This document shows positions 48,732 through 59,556 of a stretch of DNA of 64,000 bases, piece after piece. Positions within the stretch are counted from its first letter, which is position 1, and each line of letters opens with the position of its first letter. Origin of the DNA: Macrostomum hystrix (taxonomy: Eukaryota > Animalia > Platyhelminthes); NCBI GenBank assembly GCA_950097015.1, contig CATNEN010000002.1, positions 4,402,001 through 4,466,000 on the forward strand. Direction: 5' to 3'. The translations under genes and the position numbers were made by a program. The notes beneath the pieces are model-generated. The model made no database searches and was not told the origin of the DNA. It saw only the letters and a list, made by a program, of their open reading frames with translations.

Positions 48732-50031
48732 AGATCTCAGAGTGACTCAATATCAGAGTGACACAATCTCAGAGGGACTCAAGATCAGAGTGACACAATC
48801 TCAGAGGGACTCAAGATCAGAGTGACACAATCTCAGAGGGACTCAAGATCAGAGTGACACAATCTCAGAGGGACTCAAGATCAGAGTGACACAATCTCAG
48901 AGGGACTCAAGATCAGAGTGACACAATCTCAGAGTGACACAATTTAAGAGTGACACAATCTCAGGGTGACACAATCTCAGAGTGACACAATCTCAGAGTG
49001 ACACAATCTCAGAGTGACTCAATCTCAGAGTGACACAATTTAAGAGTGACACAATCTCAGAGTGACACAATCTCTGAGTGAGACAATCTCAGAGTGACTC
49101 AATCTCAGAGTGACTCAATCTCAGAGTGACTCAATCTCAGAGTGACACGATCTCAGAGTGACACGACCTCTGAGTGACACGACCTCAGAGTGAGCCAATC
49201 TCAGAGTGACACAATCTCAGAGTGACTCAATCTCAGAGTGACACAATCTCAGAGTGACACAATCTCAGAGGGACTCAATCTCAGAGGGACACAATCTCAG
49301 AGGGACTCAATCTCAGAGTGACACAATCTCAGAGTGACACAATCTCAGAGTGACACAATCTCAGAGTGACACAATCTCAGAGTGACACAATCTCAGAGTG
49401 ACACAATCTCAGAGGGACTCAATCTCAGAGTGACACAATCTCAGAGTGACTCAATCTCAGAGTGACTCAATCTCAGAGTGACTCAATCTCAGAGTGACAC
49501 GATCTCAGAGTGACACGACCTCTGAGTGACACGACCTCAGAGTGAGCCAATCTCAGAGTGACACAATCTCAGAGTGACACAATCTCAGAGTGACTCAATC
49601 TCAGAGTGACACAATCTCAGAGTGACTCAATCTCAGAGTGACACAATCTCAGAGTGACTCAATCTCAGAGTGAGACAATCTCAGAGTGACTCAATCTCAG
49701 AGTGACTCAATCTCAGAGTGACACGACCTCTGAGTGACACAGTCTCTGAGTGAGACAATCTCTGAGTGACACAATCTCAGAGTGACACAATCTCAAAGTG
49801 ACACAATCTCAAAGTGACTCAATCAAAATGTGACACGATCTCAAAGTGACACAATCTCAGAGTGACACAATCTCAGAGTGAGACAATCTCTGAGTGACAC
49901 AATCTCAGAGTGACACAGTCTCAGAGTGAGACAATCTCAGAGTGACACAATCTCAAAGTGACACAATCTCAAAGTGACTCAATCAAAATGTGACACGATC
50001 TCAAAGTGACACAATCTCAGAGTGACACAAT
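48732..50031 (-). repeat. 16-bp tandem array (TCTCAGAGTGACACAA), right arm, inverted relative to 46447-46882
   Basis: About 80 monomers of the reverse-complement unit, starting at AGATCTCAG. Includes a 32-bp dimer sub-array at about 48770-48925. Confidence 0.96.
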
Positions 50032-50939
50032 GTCTGAGATTGGCATTGACAGTGACAGTCAAATAGTGATTTTTTGACGCGTCTGTTAATAATTCGAGCA
50101 GATTTTTTAGGACGACAACTAAGCACGCGCAAGCTTCACATGCAGCTAAGAAGGACTTAAGATAGTTACAAAAAAGAATGTTCCAGCTTGTTCAGGCCAA
50201 GCGGGTGTCTGGTGCACTGTTTCTTCTAATTAAATTCTACTTTTGCACGCACAGGGCCGGGCCCTCATCATTCGGTCTGAAGGAGGCCAGCTGAATGCGA
50301 AGTCAAGAGTCGTTCAGAGCATCGGAGCTGCCTCGCTCAGGGCGAATATAAAGAGGCCGAGACTCGAATAGATGAATGAGAAAAACAAAACGTGCTGGAC
50401 ACAATTGAGCTGACTGGATTCCTCCGGCTCTCTCACTCTCTCTCCCTCTCTGTTTCCCCTATTTTTATCCTCATTTTGAGAGCCTTCGAGAGATGGAATG
50501 GTTCGTTGGCCATTAATTTTTGACCGCGTGTCCAAAGGCAAAATAGACGGCATGCAAGTATAGGCCTGATCAGTATATGCCGCCATCATTTCTGTTAGAT
50601 TCCTTTGAGGTCTGCGTATTTCCAACCCCTATTTGATTATTTTTGTCTTCCCTAACAGCACATTTTCAATGCTGTTGGCCGAAATTTCCGCTATCATTTT
50701 TTCTAGCTAAAGTCAAAGTCCAATTTTGCTCGTCTTTTTCATATTTAAAATGCGCGGCTCGGTTTCTATGGCAACCTCAGGTGGGCTTTGAGTTCATCTT
50801 CAACACTGTATCGAGTCTACATTAGATTCAAACAAGGGCAGCTCGCTCAAACTAAGATTAGGTAGATAATTTTTGTATTACCATAGATTAATACATGTAG
50901 TTACTATTGTGTTCGCCGCACTTCCAAAAGCTGTACAGT

Positions 50940-51025
50940 CCAAGGACTGGGAAGGCCAACAGTGCCACCCCAATTTCTACCTTCCCAGCTGATGCTGGCA
51001 CCCATTTTGCAGCTGGGTAAACTAA
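50940..51025 (-). mobile_element. CORE-SINE family B fragment
   Basis: CCCAGCTGATGCTGGCACCCATTTTGCAGCTGGGTAAACT is the reverse complement of the CORE 3' half. Confidence 0.7.
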
Positions 51026-51170
51026 ACTAAACTAAGATAAACTAAACGGGCAAAATTGTCACCCAATCACCCCCATAATTCCATGAAATGAATTCGATAA
51101 ATAAAGCGATGTTGTAAATCGATTGATAAACTGATTCAGAAGAAAAGCAAGGTAAATAATTTAGCCACTA

Positions 51171-51528
51171 AAATAATAATAACAATTGCAGAAGGCTGTG
51201 GCCCATGGCACATCATTTGGTGACACTAGACCCGCAGCCAGCGAGGAGAAAATTCTGCCCATTTCGCTGACTCCTGAGCACACACGTACACAGATACTAT
51301 ACGCAGGTATAAGCTCACATAGGCGTGTACATCGGCCCTGACTTTCTCATCGACAGGCAGTGTACACTCTCACTGTGCCTTGGAGGTTGGCCCTCATGGG
51401 CGCGAATTGCACGACAAGCCCCCAAGCCTTCTCTCCGCTGCTGCTCCCCAAGTAAGTGTGGCCTCGCCGCGGAATCGAGCTTAGGGACCTCGGTGCGAGA
51501 GGCAAACGCGTTAGTTACTCTGCCACCG
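51171..51528 (-). mobile_element. tRNA-derived SINE family A, full length
   Basis: Colinear with 14465-14820, including the tRNA head and ATT tail. Confidence 0.88.
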
Positions 51529-52965
51529 AAGTGAACCATTCGGGAAGACAACATCAGTTCAGTCAGCGAGCTGGCATTCTTTACTTCCTATCTGAATACG
51601 AAGGTTAATTAACGAGCCTCTTTCTGATTCCAAAGTGAAGCCTCTGCCATATGGGACCAAGATTAGTTTGAAGCAGTTTATGGCCGGATGATTGCTGCCT
51701 TTTTGTTAAGTTTCGTTTCGAGTTGTGAGTTTCATGTATGACAAGATGGGATAAATCCTCATTTAACATGGGATGAATTTAATGCGAGGAGCTAAGAAAC
51801 GCCTTGCCCTCACTCTAAAGTACCTACTGCTTTTTTACTATTCGTTTCTTGTTTTGGAAAACACGCACGCGTAAAAGAAAAATCGCGGGGATTAGGCCTG
51901 TGGTTTCGCCTCTCGCAAGATTATGAAGCCTTAGCTCAGATCCAAATTCTGACAAATATTCTCAATCCACCCGAATGGCACTATGAGGAGTAGAAAACCC
52001 GCTGCACTATATCAATTAACTAGTGAATGGAAGCCAAGGGCAGACTTTATTTTCAATTCTTCCTATACTTCCATAACTGACAATGGGCTAATGCTCGCTT
52101 CGACACCTGGCTCGCCAAGTTCCGATTAATTGAAGCTAAATTTATCAATGGCAACGAATTGTCTTGAGCGCAGAGAACCAGCGAGAGTACTATGCGGCAA
52201 TAGTCACAGGAAGAGCTGTGGGAGTTAGGACTGTCTCCTTTGTTTGCAAAATCGACTGCAAACTCAGGTGCTAGCAGCGAACTGGGGAATAAAGCGGGAG
52301 CATTTTAGGAAGATAATTCTCATTCTATCCACCTTATTTGATTACGGCAACTGGCTTTATTTCTTTATAGAGAAAGACCGCCTACTCTAGTACGGCACGG
52401 CAAATGACAAGTACGGCAAATTTCACAATTTTGAAGCCTTATCAGAAGCCATTCTTTCTTATTTTCATCTTCTATCCCTATTGTCTCTCGTACAAAGCAG
52501 CTCTCACCTGCGCTGCTTGCAAACACCTCTGCATGCACTGAATTCAACCTATTTTTAGCATATTCTCGTATTCTTCTATAATTTCGAGCAATCGTTGAGT
52601 TTCACCGCGTTCTCAGTCAAGGCAAAGCGCTTTGTTGAGTCATCGTAACTTATAACCTGTAAAAGTGCGCGGTGTGAGGCCAGGCCTGGCTGATCCTGCT
52701 TAAGCGTAATATGACACTGGGAAACTTTTAGGCCAACAGAAACTACCATTCCCAACTACCCCGTGTCTCATTCTCCGCTTCCTCAAATCTCACTAAAACG
52801 TTTATGCCTCCAGCAAGCCAGTATTTGAACAGCCAATCGATTTTAGACAGAAAAAACTATGAAGATATAGAAAAAGAACAGTCAGAAAAATGTAGAACAA
52901 CAAGAAGCTCCACAGGTTGAGCCCTGAGCTCATCGGGGGTACACACAGTGCTGCTTGTTTTGCAG

Positions 52966-53081
52966 GCTTTTTGTCAGCCACCTCAACCCCGCAGAGGGGG
53001 GGAAATCTCCAAATGGGATTCGGAATACGAACTGGGGAAAAACGTCTACGAATTCATAGTGACCAGCCAGAGGGGAATAAG
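52966..53081 (+). CDS. Candidate internal exon, gene unassigned
   Basis: Acceptor CTTGTTTTGCAG, donor AG|GTCAGG, frame AFCQPPQPRRGGEISKWDSEYELGKNVYEFIVTSQRGI. No recognised homology. Confidence 0.25.
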
Positions 53082-53843
53082 GTCAGGGCAGGCAGGCGGG
53101 ACGGTAGCATTCGGGCATGGCTTGGCAAGCGTCAGCGAGTTTGTTTCGCAATCGAGTCTGACAACTGGCGACTCTCATTATCAACACGCGCTACTGCCGT
53201 CAGCCACCGTCGTGAGGAGCAGGTCGGAGCCACGCAAAAGACCGATGGGACGGAAATCGAACAACGCTCTAGGATTGGTCAACTGGCCGTAATCCAACGA
53301 GAACACTTTCATGTCGTCTGCAGGGACATCCGCGGTCTGTAGGTTGCAGGGGCTGCCAACGCAGCGGCAGCAGCAGCAGCAGCTGCAGCAATGACTCTGG
53401 GGCACAGCGGGGTGGGTTTGTGGAGCGCCATTTCTCCATCCAACACTGACGCAGCTGGGAGGGAGAGAGTGAGAGCGGGCCCTCCATTTGGTTGTTCTCG
53501 ACCCACTGATCCCATTACTTCCCTATTTCCTTTCCTTTCCCAATTTTTCTCCGTCCAGTCTGCATCTCGTCCCAAACGTGTTCGCAAACTAGAAGCTAGG
53601 GTCTATCTCAGCAACTCCCGACTCAATCATACAATCTGCTCAACTCCTCCTTCAACGCTATCCGCAGCAACGCCCCGAACGTCCCCGTTGAAGCAGAGCC
53701 TTCACCAACACCAGCGTGTCCTGCGAAACAGGACACGACTTGCATGCCGAACCACCATCGCGCAGCCGTGGCAATATTCGGCAGGGCTGTTTGAATCAAG
53801 CGCCTCTCAAAAACCTCGAAGATCTGGACATTAGTAGCTCGCA

Positions 53844-56054
53844 ATGTCGTTCAGAGCTCGCGTCTCCCGCTTCGGAGTGTCGTCATTTGGCGACTCCACA
53901 TCACTGTTCGTGCACGAAGCGTCGCCGTCAGAGCGTCTCAGCGCGATGGTGTTCTCCTTCTCGAAGCGTTCCACCATCCACGGCCTGAACCACATTGCGC
54001 AGGCGAGAAGCGCTCGAAGGCGCATCTTCTGGATGATAATCTGCACCGCTGCCAGCTGCGGCTTCTTTATCAATCTCTATCACATCGCTGTAAAATATTT
54101 GCAGGTGCCAGTGCTCACAAATGTGAAGCACGACCACATGTCGTTCAAGTTTCCAGACATAACGGTGTGCAACATCAACCCGATCTACTTTCCGCCGCGG
54201 GGCACCAAGCAGTTCCAGGATCTTGTGGATCGAATAGAGGAGTACAATGAGAAGATTCGCTACTACGAACGAAAGATTGCAGCAGTGCCGACGCAGAAGA
54301 GGCCTTGGAAGTTGGTGTACATTTCGCGACTATTGCAAGTAGTAAAAATAGCTGACTATCTGTACATGAAGAGAAATATCAGCCTGTACAGCATACCGCA
54401 CGACACATTTGTACAGTATTGCAAGTACATGGGCCGCATCACCGTTTGCGCCAAGGAGTGGATCACTCACAGGCGTTGGCCGTACGGAGCCTGCTACCAA
54501 CTCAACATGACCAGCCTAGGTAGGCACGCAATCAGCACAGACAACAAGAAAGCCTTCAGCAGCGGGTTCAGGCCGGACCTATTTCTGCTGCTCTACAAAG
54601 GCGTTGAGTACCCCGAGGAATACCGGTACCTGGACTCCCATGGCGCCATCACCATTCCTTCTGGAGTCCTGCTGATGCTTCACGAGCCAGGAACCTATCC
54701 TCAAATTGGCGAGAGCTTCCTTTTGGACAAGTACGCTCAAGTCGACCTTCACATGACCCGGAAGCAGCATTTGAAAAAATTGAACCTTTGCGAGTCCCAC
54801 AGGGACACCTACGACTATATCGACATCGAGACCGGAGAGCGGCGCTTCTATAAGGAGACACGGACAGACTGCGTAGAGAATATATCGCAAACGGCGTACA
54901 AAGGCAACTGCGGCTGTCTTTCGCATGAATTCCCATTGAAGTATGACGATGCCAATTATCCATTCTGCGCTGATTTCGAATGGTTTGAGGCCAACTTCAC
55001 CGACCTGAACTGCTTGGTGGCTCATCAAAACCAGGTGGAGGCCGCTAAGCCATTGCAAACCTGCTACAAAGACTTGTGCGAGCACACATCTTATTCCACG
55101 GTGATCAGTCAGGCCAACTATCCTGCGGTGGTCGAGCGCAAGACTCACCACGGCTGGCTGCGTCAACTTGCCTTAATGGAACAGGCCGAGCTTAAAAAGT
55201 ACGGAGCAACAGATCTGGCCAGCAAAGCGCTGCACCTAAATGAAACCAACCGTGACAGCCTGAACATCAGCACCGCAATGAAGCATGGCTTAGTGAGCCT
55301 GCTCAACATTGAGTTTATAGAGCGCAATTTCATGTACTTACGCATCGTGCCGTCTTCTCTGTTTGCGGATGAGATGCTCGAGGACGAAGAGTACCCGCTG
55401 AGTCGCTTCCTCACCGATGTCGGAGGCTGCGTCGGCCTCTGGGTCGGCGCTTCGCTGATAACGGTTTTTGAGTTCTGCGACCTCATACTGGACTTCCTTG
55501 GCTTGGAGTCCATCTTCAGAAAGCGTCGCCATAGCCGACAGAACGGCCACGCCGGATCCGTAGCCGAGTCAGCGCAGGAGTCCGTCTCGCGAGTGGCCGG
55601 AATGCTTCAACTGCGCGAGGAGGCTGCAAATCTCATCGGTGACGGCACCGCCATGCTGCTGTACTCAACCACCGAGTATGATGACGAGCTGAGGAACAAT
55701 AACACCAACAACTCATCAACTCTGGCTCTGACTTGTCGCCGATTCAGCAAGGAGCCTACAGTGCTTCAGCAACAAATCGAGCAGCGGCCGCAGCAGCAGC
55801 AGCAGCAGCCGCAGGATTTTGAGAGACAGCAACGTTCGCTTCCTCAGGTACCACCGCAGCACCAGCCGATGCAAACGGCGCAGCAATCACCACTGCAAAA
55901 TCAGCAGCACCCGCAACAGCAGCAGCTGCAGCAGCAGCAGCAGCAGCAGCAGCATCATCAGTCAAATCTCACATGCAACTCTCTCAGCGACTGCACCAGC
56001 AGCAGGCGATCCGACACGCGAACGATTCAAATTGGCATGGTGTCCACAGTTTGA
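53844..56054 (+). CDS. Intronless DEG/ENaC (ASIC/FaNaC-superfamily) sodium channel subunit
   Basis: STIHGL (HG motif), RRIFW TM1, FPDITVCNINP, YGACYQLN, Cys-rich thumb, TM2 FLTDVGGCVGLWVGASLITVFEF with the GAS filter, and a poly-Gln C-terminal tail. Confidence 0.95.
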   Translation: MSFRARVSRFGVSSFGDSTSLFVHEASPSERLSAMVFSFSKRSTIHGLNHIAQARSARRRIFWMIICTAASCGFFINLYHIAVKYLQVPVLTNVKHDHMSFKFPDITVCNINPIYFPPRGTKQFQDLVDRIEEYNEKIRYYERKIAAVPTQKRPWKLVYISRLLQVVKIADYLYMKRNISLYSIPHDTFVQYCKYMGRITVCAKEWITHRRWPYGACYQLNMTSLGRHAISTDNKKAFSSGFRPDLFLLLYKGVEYPEEYRYLDSHGAITIPSGVLLMLHEPGTYPQIGESFLLDKYAQVDLHMTRKQHLKKLNLCESHRDTYDYIDIETGERRFYKETRTDCVENISQTAYKGNCGCLSHEFPLKYDDANYPFCADFEWFEANFTDLNCLVAHQNQVEAAKPLQTCYKDLCEHTSYSTVISQANYPAVVERKTHHGWLRQLALMEQAELKKYGATDLASKALHLNETNRDSLNISTAMKHGLVSLLNIEFIERNFMYLRIVPSSLFADEMLEDEEYPLSRFLTDVGGCVGLWVGASLITVFEFCDLILDFLGLESIFRKRRHSRQNGHAGSVAESAQESVSRVAGMLQLREEAANLIGDGTAMLLYSTTEYDDELRNNNTNNSSTLALTCRRFSKEPTVLQQQIEQRPQQQQQQPQDFERQQRSLPQVPPQHQPMQTAQQSPLQNQQHPQQQQLQQQQQQQQHHQSNLTCNSLSDCTSSRRSDTRTIQIGMVSTV

Positions 56055-57226
56055 TGCTGTCAGACGCAATGACCTGGTTGACCTGGTCAAATGACCTGGT
56101 CTTTTCAATTGTTTGGCTCCGCTAGAGAGGCAATGCAGTCTGTTTGTTTTTGTAAATAAGTCTGAGAAAGTAATAATTATGTTTCTTGATAGTTTGGGAT
56201 CGCGAACTATTACCTATCTTAGTTTTTATCCAAGAAAGAGAAACACATTCTTCTGGTAGTCGAAATCGACCTCGTGTGACGGACGTTAAATTAACTTACT
56301 TTTTTGTAGCAGGAGCTTCATAATGTAAAGTGCTTGTTTCTGTCTGCCAGCAGTATTTTATTTTTGCTCAGAATAATTGAGCTATAGTGACGATTCGGCA
56401 GTAAAAACTGAACTAATTTTTTTTCGTATTTGAGTAAAATGTTTGTGCTTACTGTCCATGCAAAGTGAATGCAAAAAAACTGGAACTTTTTCTATTATTT
56501 TCATACATGGAATGCTAATGCACAAAGTAAATTAAAAAATTCAATATTATTTTGACAGAACTTTCTTGTATTTACGCAATTAACGTTCTAACAAACTCGG
56601 GTTACATTTTTCCCAAAACAATTTGCGAAGTCTTCACTTCAGCAAAAAAATAAGTTGATTTGATTTTCACTTTTAAGCTTTTACTTTTTCTCGAAGTTCT
56701 TGCACAAAACTTTTGAGTTGTTTTGAAATGACCCTCAATAACGTTTTTGTACTCGAGTTGTGAGCTAAACATTTGTTTTTGTTTCTTCGTGTATGTTGTG
56801 CAACTAAAACTGCAGAGCTACAGTTCATTGTTTCCTAATTTTTACCAACTTGCTTGCCCTGATACTCATGCATGCATCATGATTTGCAAAACACAAAATT
56901 CGGGCTAAAATAAATTTTCATCCCTGTTACAGGATTGATCCTTTGACTTAAGCTACTCTCTACAGTATTTCTGTGGTTTCTTTGGAAAGACGAGTTGGAT
57001 GATGCCAGGCCGTTCGCTTGCCTACTTGATTCCTCTTCGAGTTTCGACTCTGTAAACAAAACTAAAGATGATTGGAATCTGAAAGGCTTAAAGTTAAAAA
57101 GAAAAAAACTGAGCTTAAATTGAAGCCTAACAAGGTAATGGATTTTAAAATTTTCAAACACGGATTTTGGAAACACACTCGGCATGAGACCTTTCGTTAG
57201 TGTACTTTAGCTGACTATACTGGCCC

Positions 57227-57610
57227 TAACAGGTGAGCAATACTGCCTAACAGGTGAGCATACTGTCTAACAGGTAAGCATACTGTCTAACAGGTAAGCA
57301 TACTGTCTAACTGGTGATACTGTCTAACAGGTGAGCATACTGTCTAACAGGTGAGCATACTGTCTTACAGGTGAGCATACTGTCTGACAGGTGAGCATAC
57401 TGTCTAACAGGTGAGCATACTGTCTAAGAGGTGAGCATACTGTCTAAGAGGTGAGCATACTGTCTAACAGGTGAGCATACTGTCTAACAGGTGAGCATAC
57501 TGTCTAACAGGTGAGCATACTGTCTAACAGGTGAGCATACTGTCTAACAGGTGAGCATACTGTCTAACAGGTGAGCATACTGTCTAACAAATAAGCATCG
57601 TGTCTAACTG
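57227..57610. repeat. 20-bp tandem repeat (ACTGTCTAACAGGTGAGCAT)
   Basis: About 18 monomers, homogeneous centre and degenerate edges. Confidence 0.95.
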
Positions 57611-57666
57611 GCAATTTTTTTGTCTAGCACGTAAAAAATTTATCTGAGCAGAGCATTAGTGAGACT

Positions 57667-58065
57667 TTATGCAACTTCAAACCAATGTGCCAGGGGGACT
57701 AGCAGTGGGTGATGAAGCCGAACAAGAAATGCTTTTACTGTTGAAGCCTCAATGTCAAGCAGCATGTGCTCATGCGCGTCAGCCTTCCAACCCGGGGTGG
57801 GGAAGGGCCGCGAGTTGCCATCATCTACTGCGCATGTAATGACATTTCCCACCAGCTCTGATGAAGCCATGCCAGCGAGCTCAGTTGGTAAGAGCTGCAG
57901 CGGGGGTTCGCCTGTAGCCTCACGCTGGGGTAGCCTCGCCTGTAGAGCCCGACAGCGACGCGACAGCGAGAAATTTTCAAGGCCAACTGCCGCAGGCGAG
58001 TTCGTGGACAGAATCTGGCAGCTCAGCAGCGCCATGGACTCTAGCCAGTACTGCAGCATGCTCAA
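57667..58065 (-). CDS. Unassigned 132-aa ORF, possible exon
   Basis: GC-rich island with a non-repetitive, protein-like frame (LQYWLESMALLSCQIL...KAFLVRLHHPLLVPLAHWFEVA). No recognised domain, and strand is uncertain. Confidence 0.25.
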   Translation of the reverse strand: MSMLQYWLESMALLSCQILSTNSPAAVGLENFSLSRRCRALQARLPQREATGEPPLQLLPTELAGMASSELVGNVITCAVDDGNSRPFPTPGWKADAHEHMLLDIEASTVKAFLVRLHHPLLVPLAHWFEVA

Positions 58066-59364
58066 CGAGCACTCGGTGAGTTAATCGTAGGATTAGTGCC
58101 AGACGGTTAGCCACCCGATCTCTGACAATGATGTACAGTTAATGTACTAATTCACTTTTTCATTAATAAAAGTGGCTAATGAGAAGGCTGGCTCGACATC
58201 AGAATCCAAACCACCATAGTGTTATAGGCTATCAGCATATACTGTGGAATCATAGTTGTCTTTTTTTAACACAAATGATCACGCGTGCTCGTATAGTACT
58301 CTGGTGCCAGTGTTTCGTTACACGTGTCTCGTAGGCTGGCTTTTATGCAATTACTCGTACTTCCGCAAGGGTCTGATTACCAGACCTGTTCGTCTACAGA
58401 TGTGACTCAAGCAACTAGCAGCTCAGATTAGTGCAGCTTGTATTTTGCACTTTTAGTCGCGAGGGAAGCTTGAAACAAATTGAACAGCAGTTAAATACGA
58501 AACCTGTCATTCGCTGCGAGCCATCCGAAAGCTGACATTGCAGAGGGGCAGATCGGTGGGTGTCATCCAGCTGCAATTTCGCTTTTTTCGCCGTTCAATG
58601 GCTGCGGTTTCGCCTACTGACCAGGACTTCTAAAATTTCTGCAGGGTCCCATCAGTTTGGGAGACAGACAGACAGCGTGGAGGAAGTAAAGACAGTTTAA
58701 CTGCAATACACCGAAAGTCCAATCCCATCATTCTTTTTTTCTTCCGCTGTTATCCACATGCTCCGTCTGTCACACAAATTTGGCATCATGAATAAATGAC
58801 GATGCCGCTGCAGTGCTGTACGCAAACTGCATGCGAAATTATTTCACATTCGCAATTCTCGTCACAATGCGCAAATTAAGCAACACACAATGCGTACTTT
58901 TCTGCTGCCTTCTCTGTGTTCGTGAAAAAAGGTTTTTTGTGACAAATTGGAAATTGTTTCGGTTCCTCATAATAAGCATGCCCAAGGACAGCTTCTATTG
59001 TGGCTTGGACCTCAAAAGGTTTTTAAAAATAAACATTTACGCTCGTATCTTGTAAAACACCGGACGTATACTTTTGTGCTCACCCTGTCACTGCCTTCCA
59101 CTTCCAACACCCACGCCATGGGCAAACTTTGCGAACTGCTGCTGCTGCTGCTGCTGCTGCTGTGTGTGGATGGTAAAAGCGGAACTGTAGAAAAAAAACT
59201 GCAGGGATTTAGATTGCACGATAACACAATCAATGTCATTATTGTTTTTTTAATAACTTCTTTAATCCAGCCCTATTTGTTCGTCTTATTCATACCGAAA
59301 GCCGCCACACTCACCTCGTATTTTACAGAGTGAACTGAAACACTTGAATTTTATGAAGGCTCCG

Positions 59365-59556
59365 TACTGCTGTTCAGTCCATGGACTTGGGGGACGCCAT
59401 ACCCACCCTCAACTCTAAGTGGTGCTGTTTACCATTTAACAGCTGAGTGAACTGAAGCAATTGCGAGTTAGAAGGGCACAAATTGTTCCAGCAGGTCGAT
59501 AATCGAACCCCCGACCTTAAAGTCGTGAGTTTGATTCTTCCCTAGGCTACAACCTC
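59365..59556 (-). mobile_element. CORE-SINE family B copy (3'-truncated)
   Basis: Reverse complement of GAGGTTGTAGCCTAG...GGGGGTTCGATT...CTTCAGTTCACTCAGCTGTTAAATGG...GGACTGAACAGC. Confidence 0.85.
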
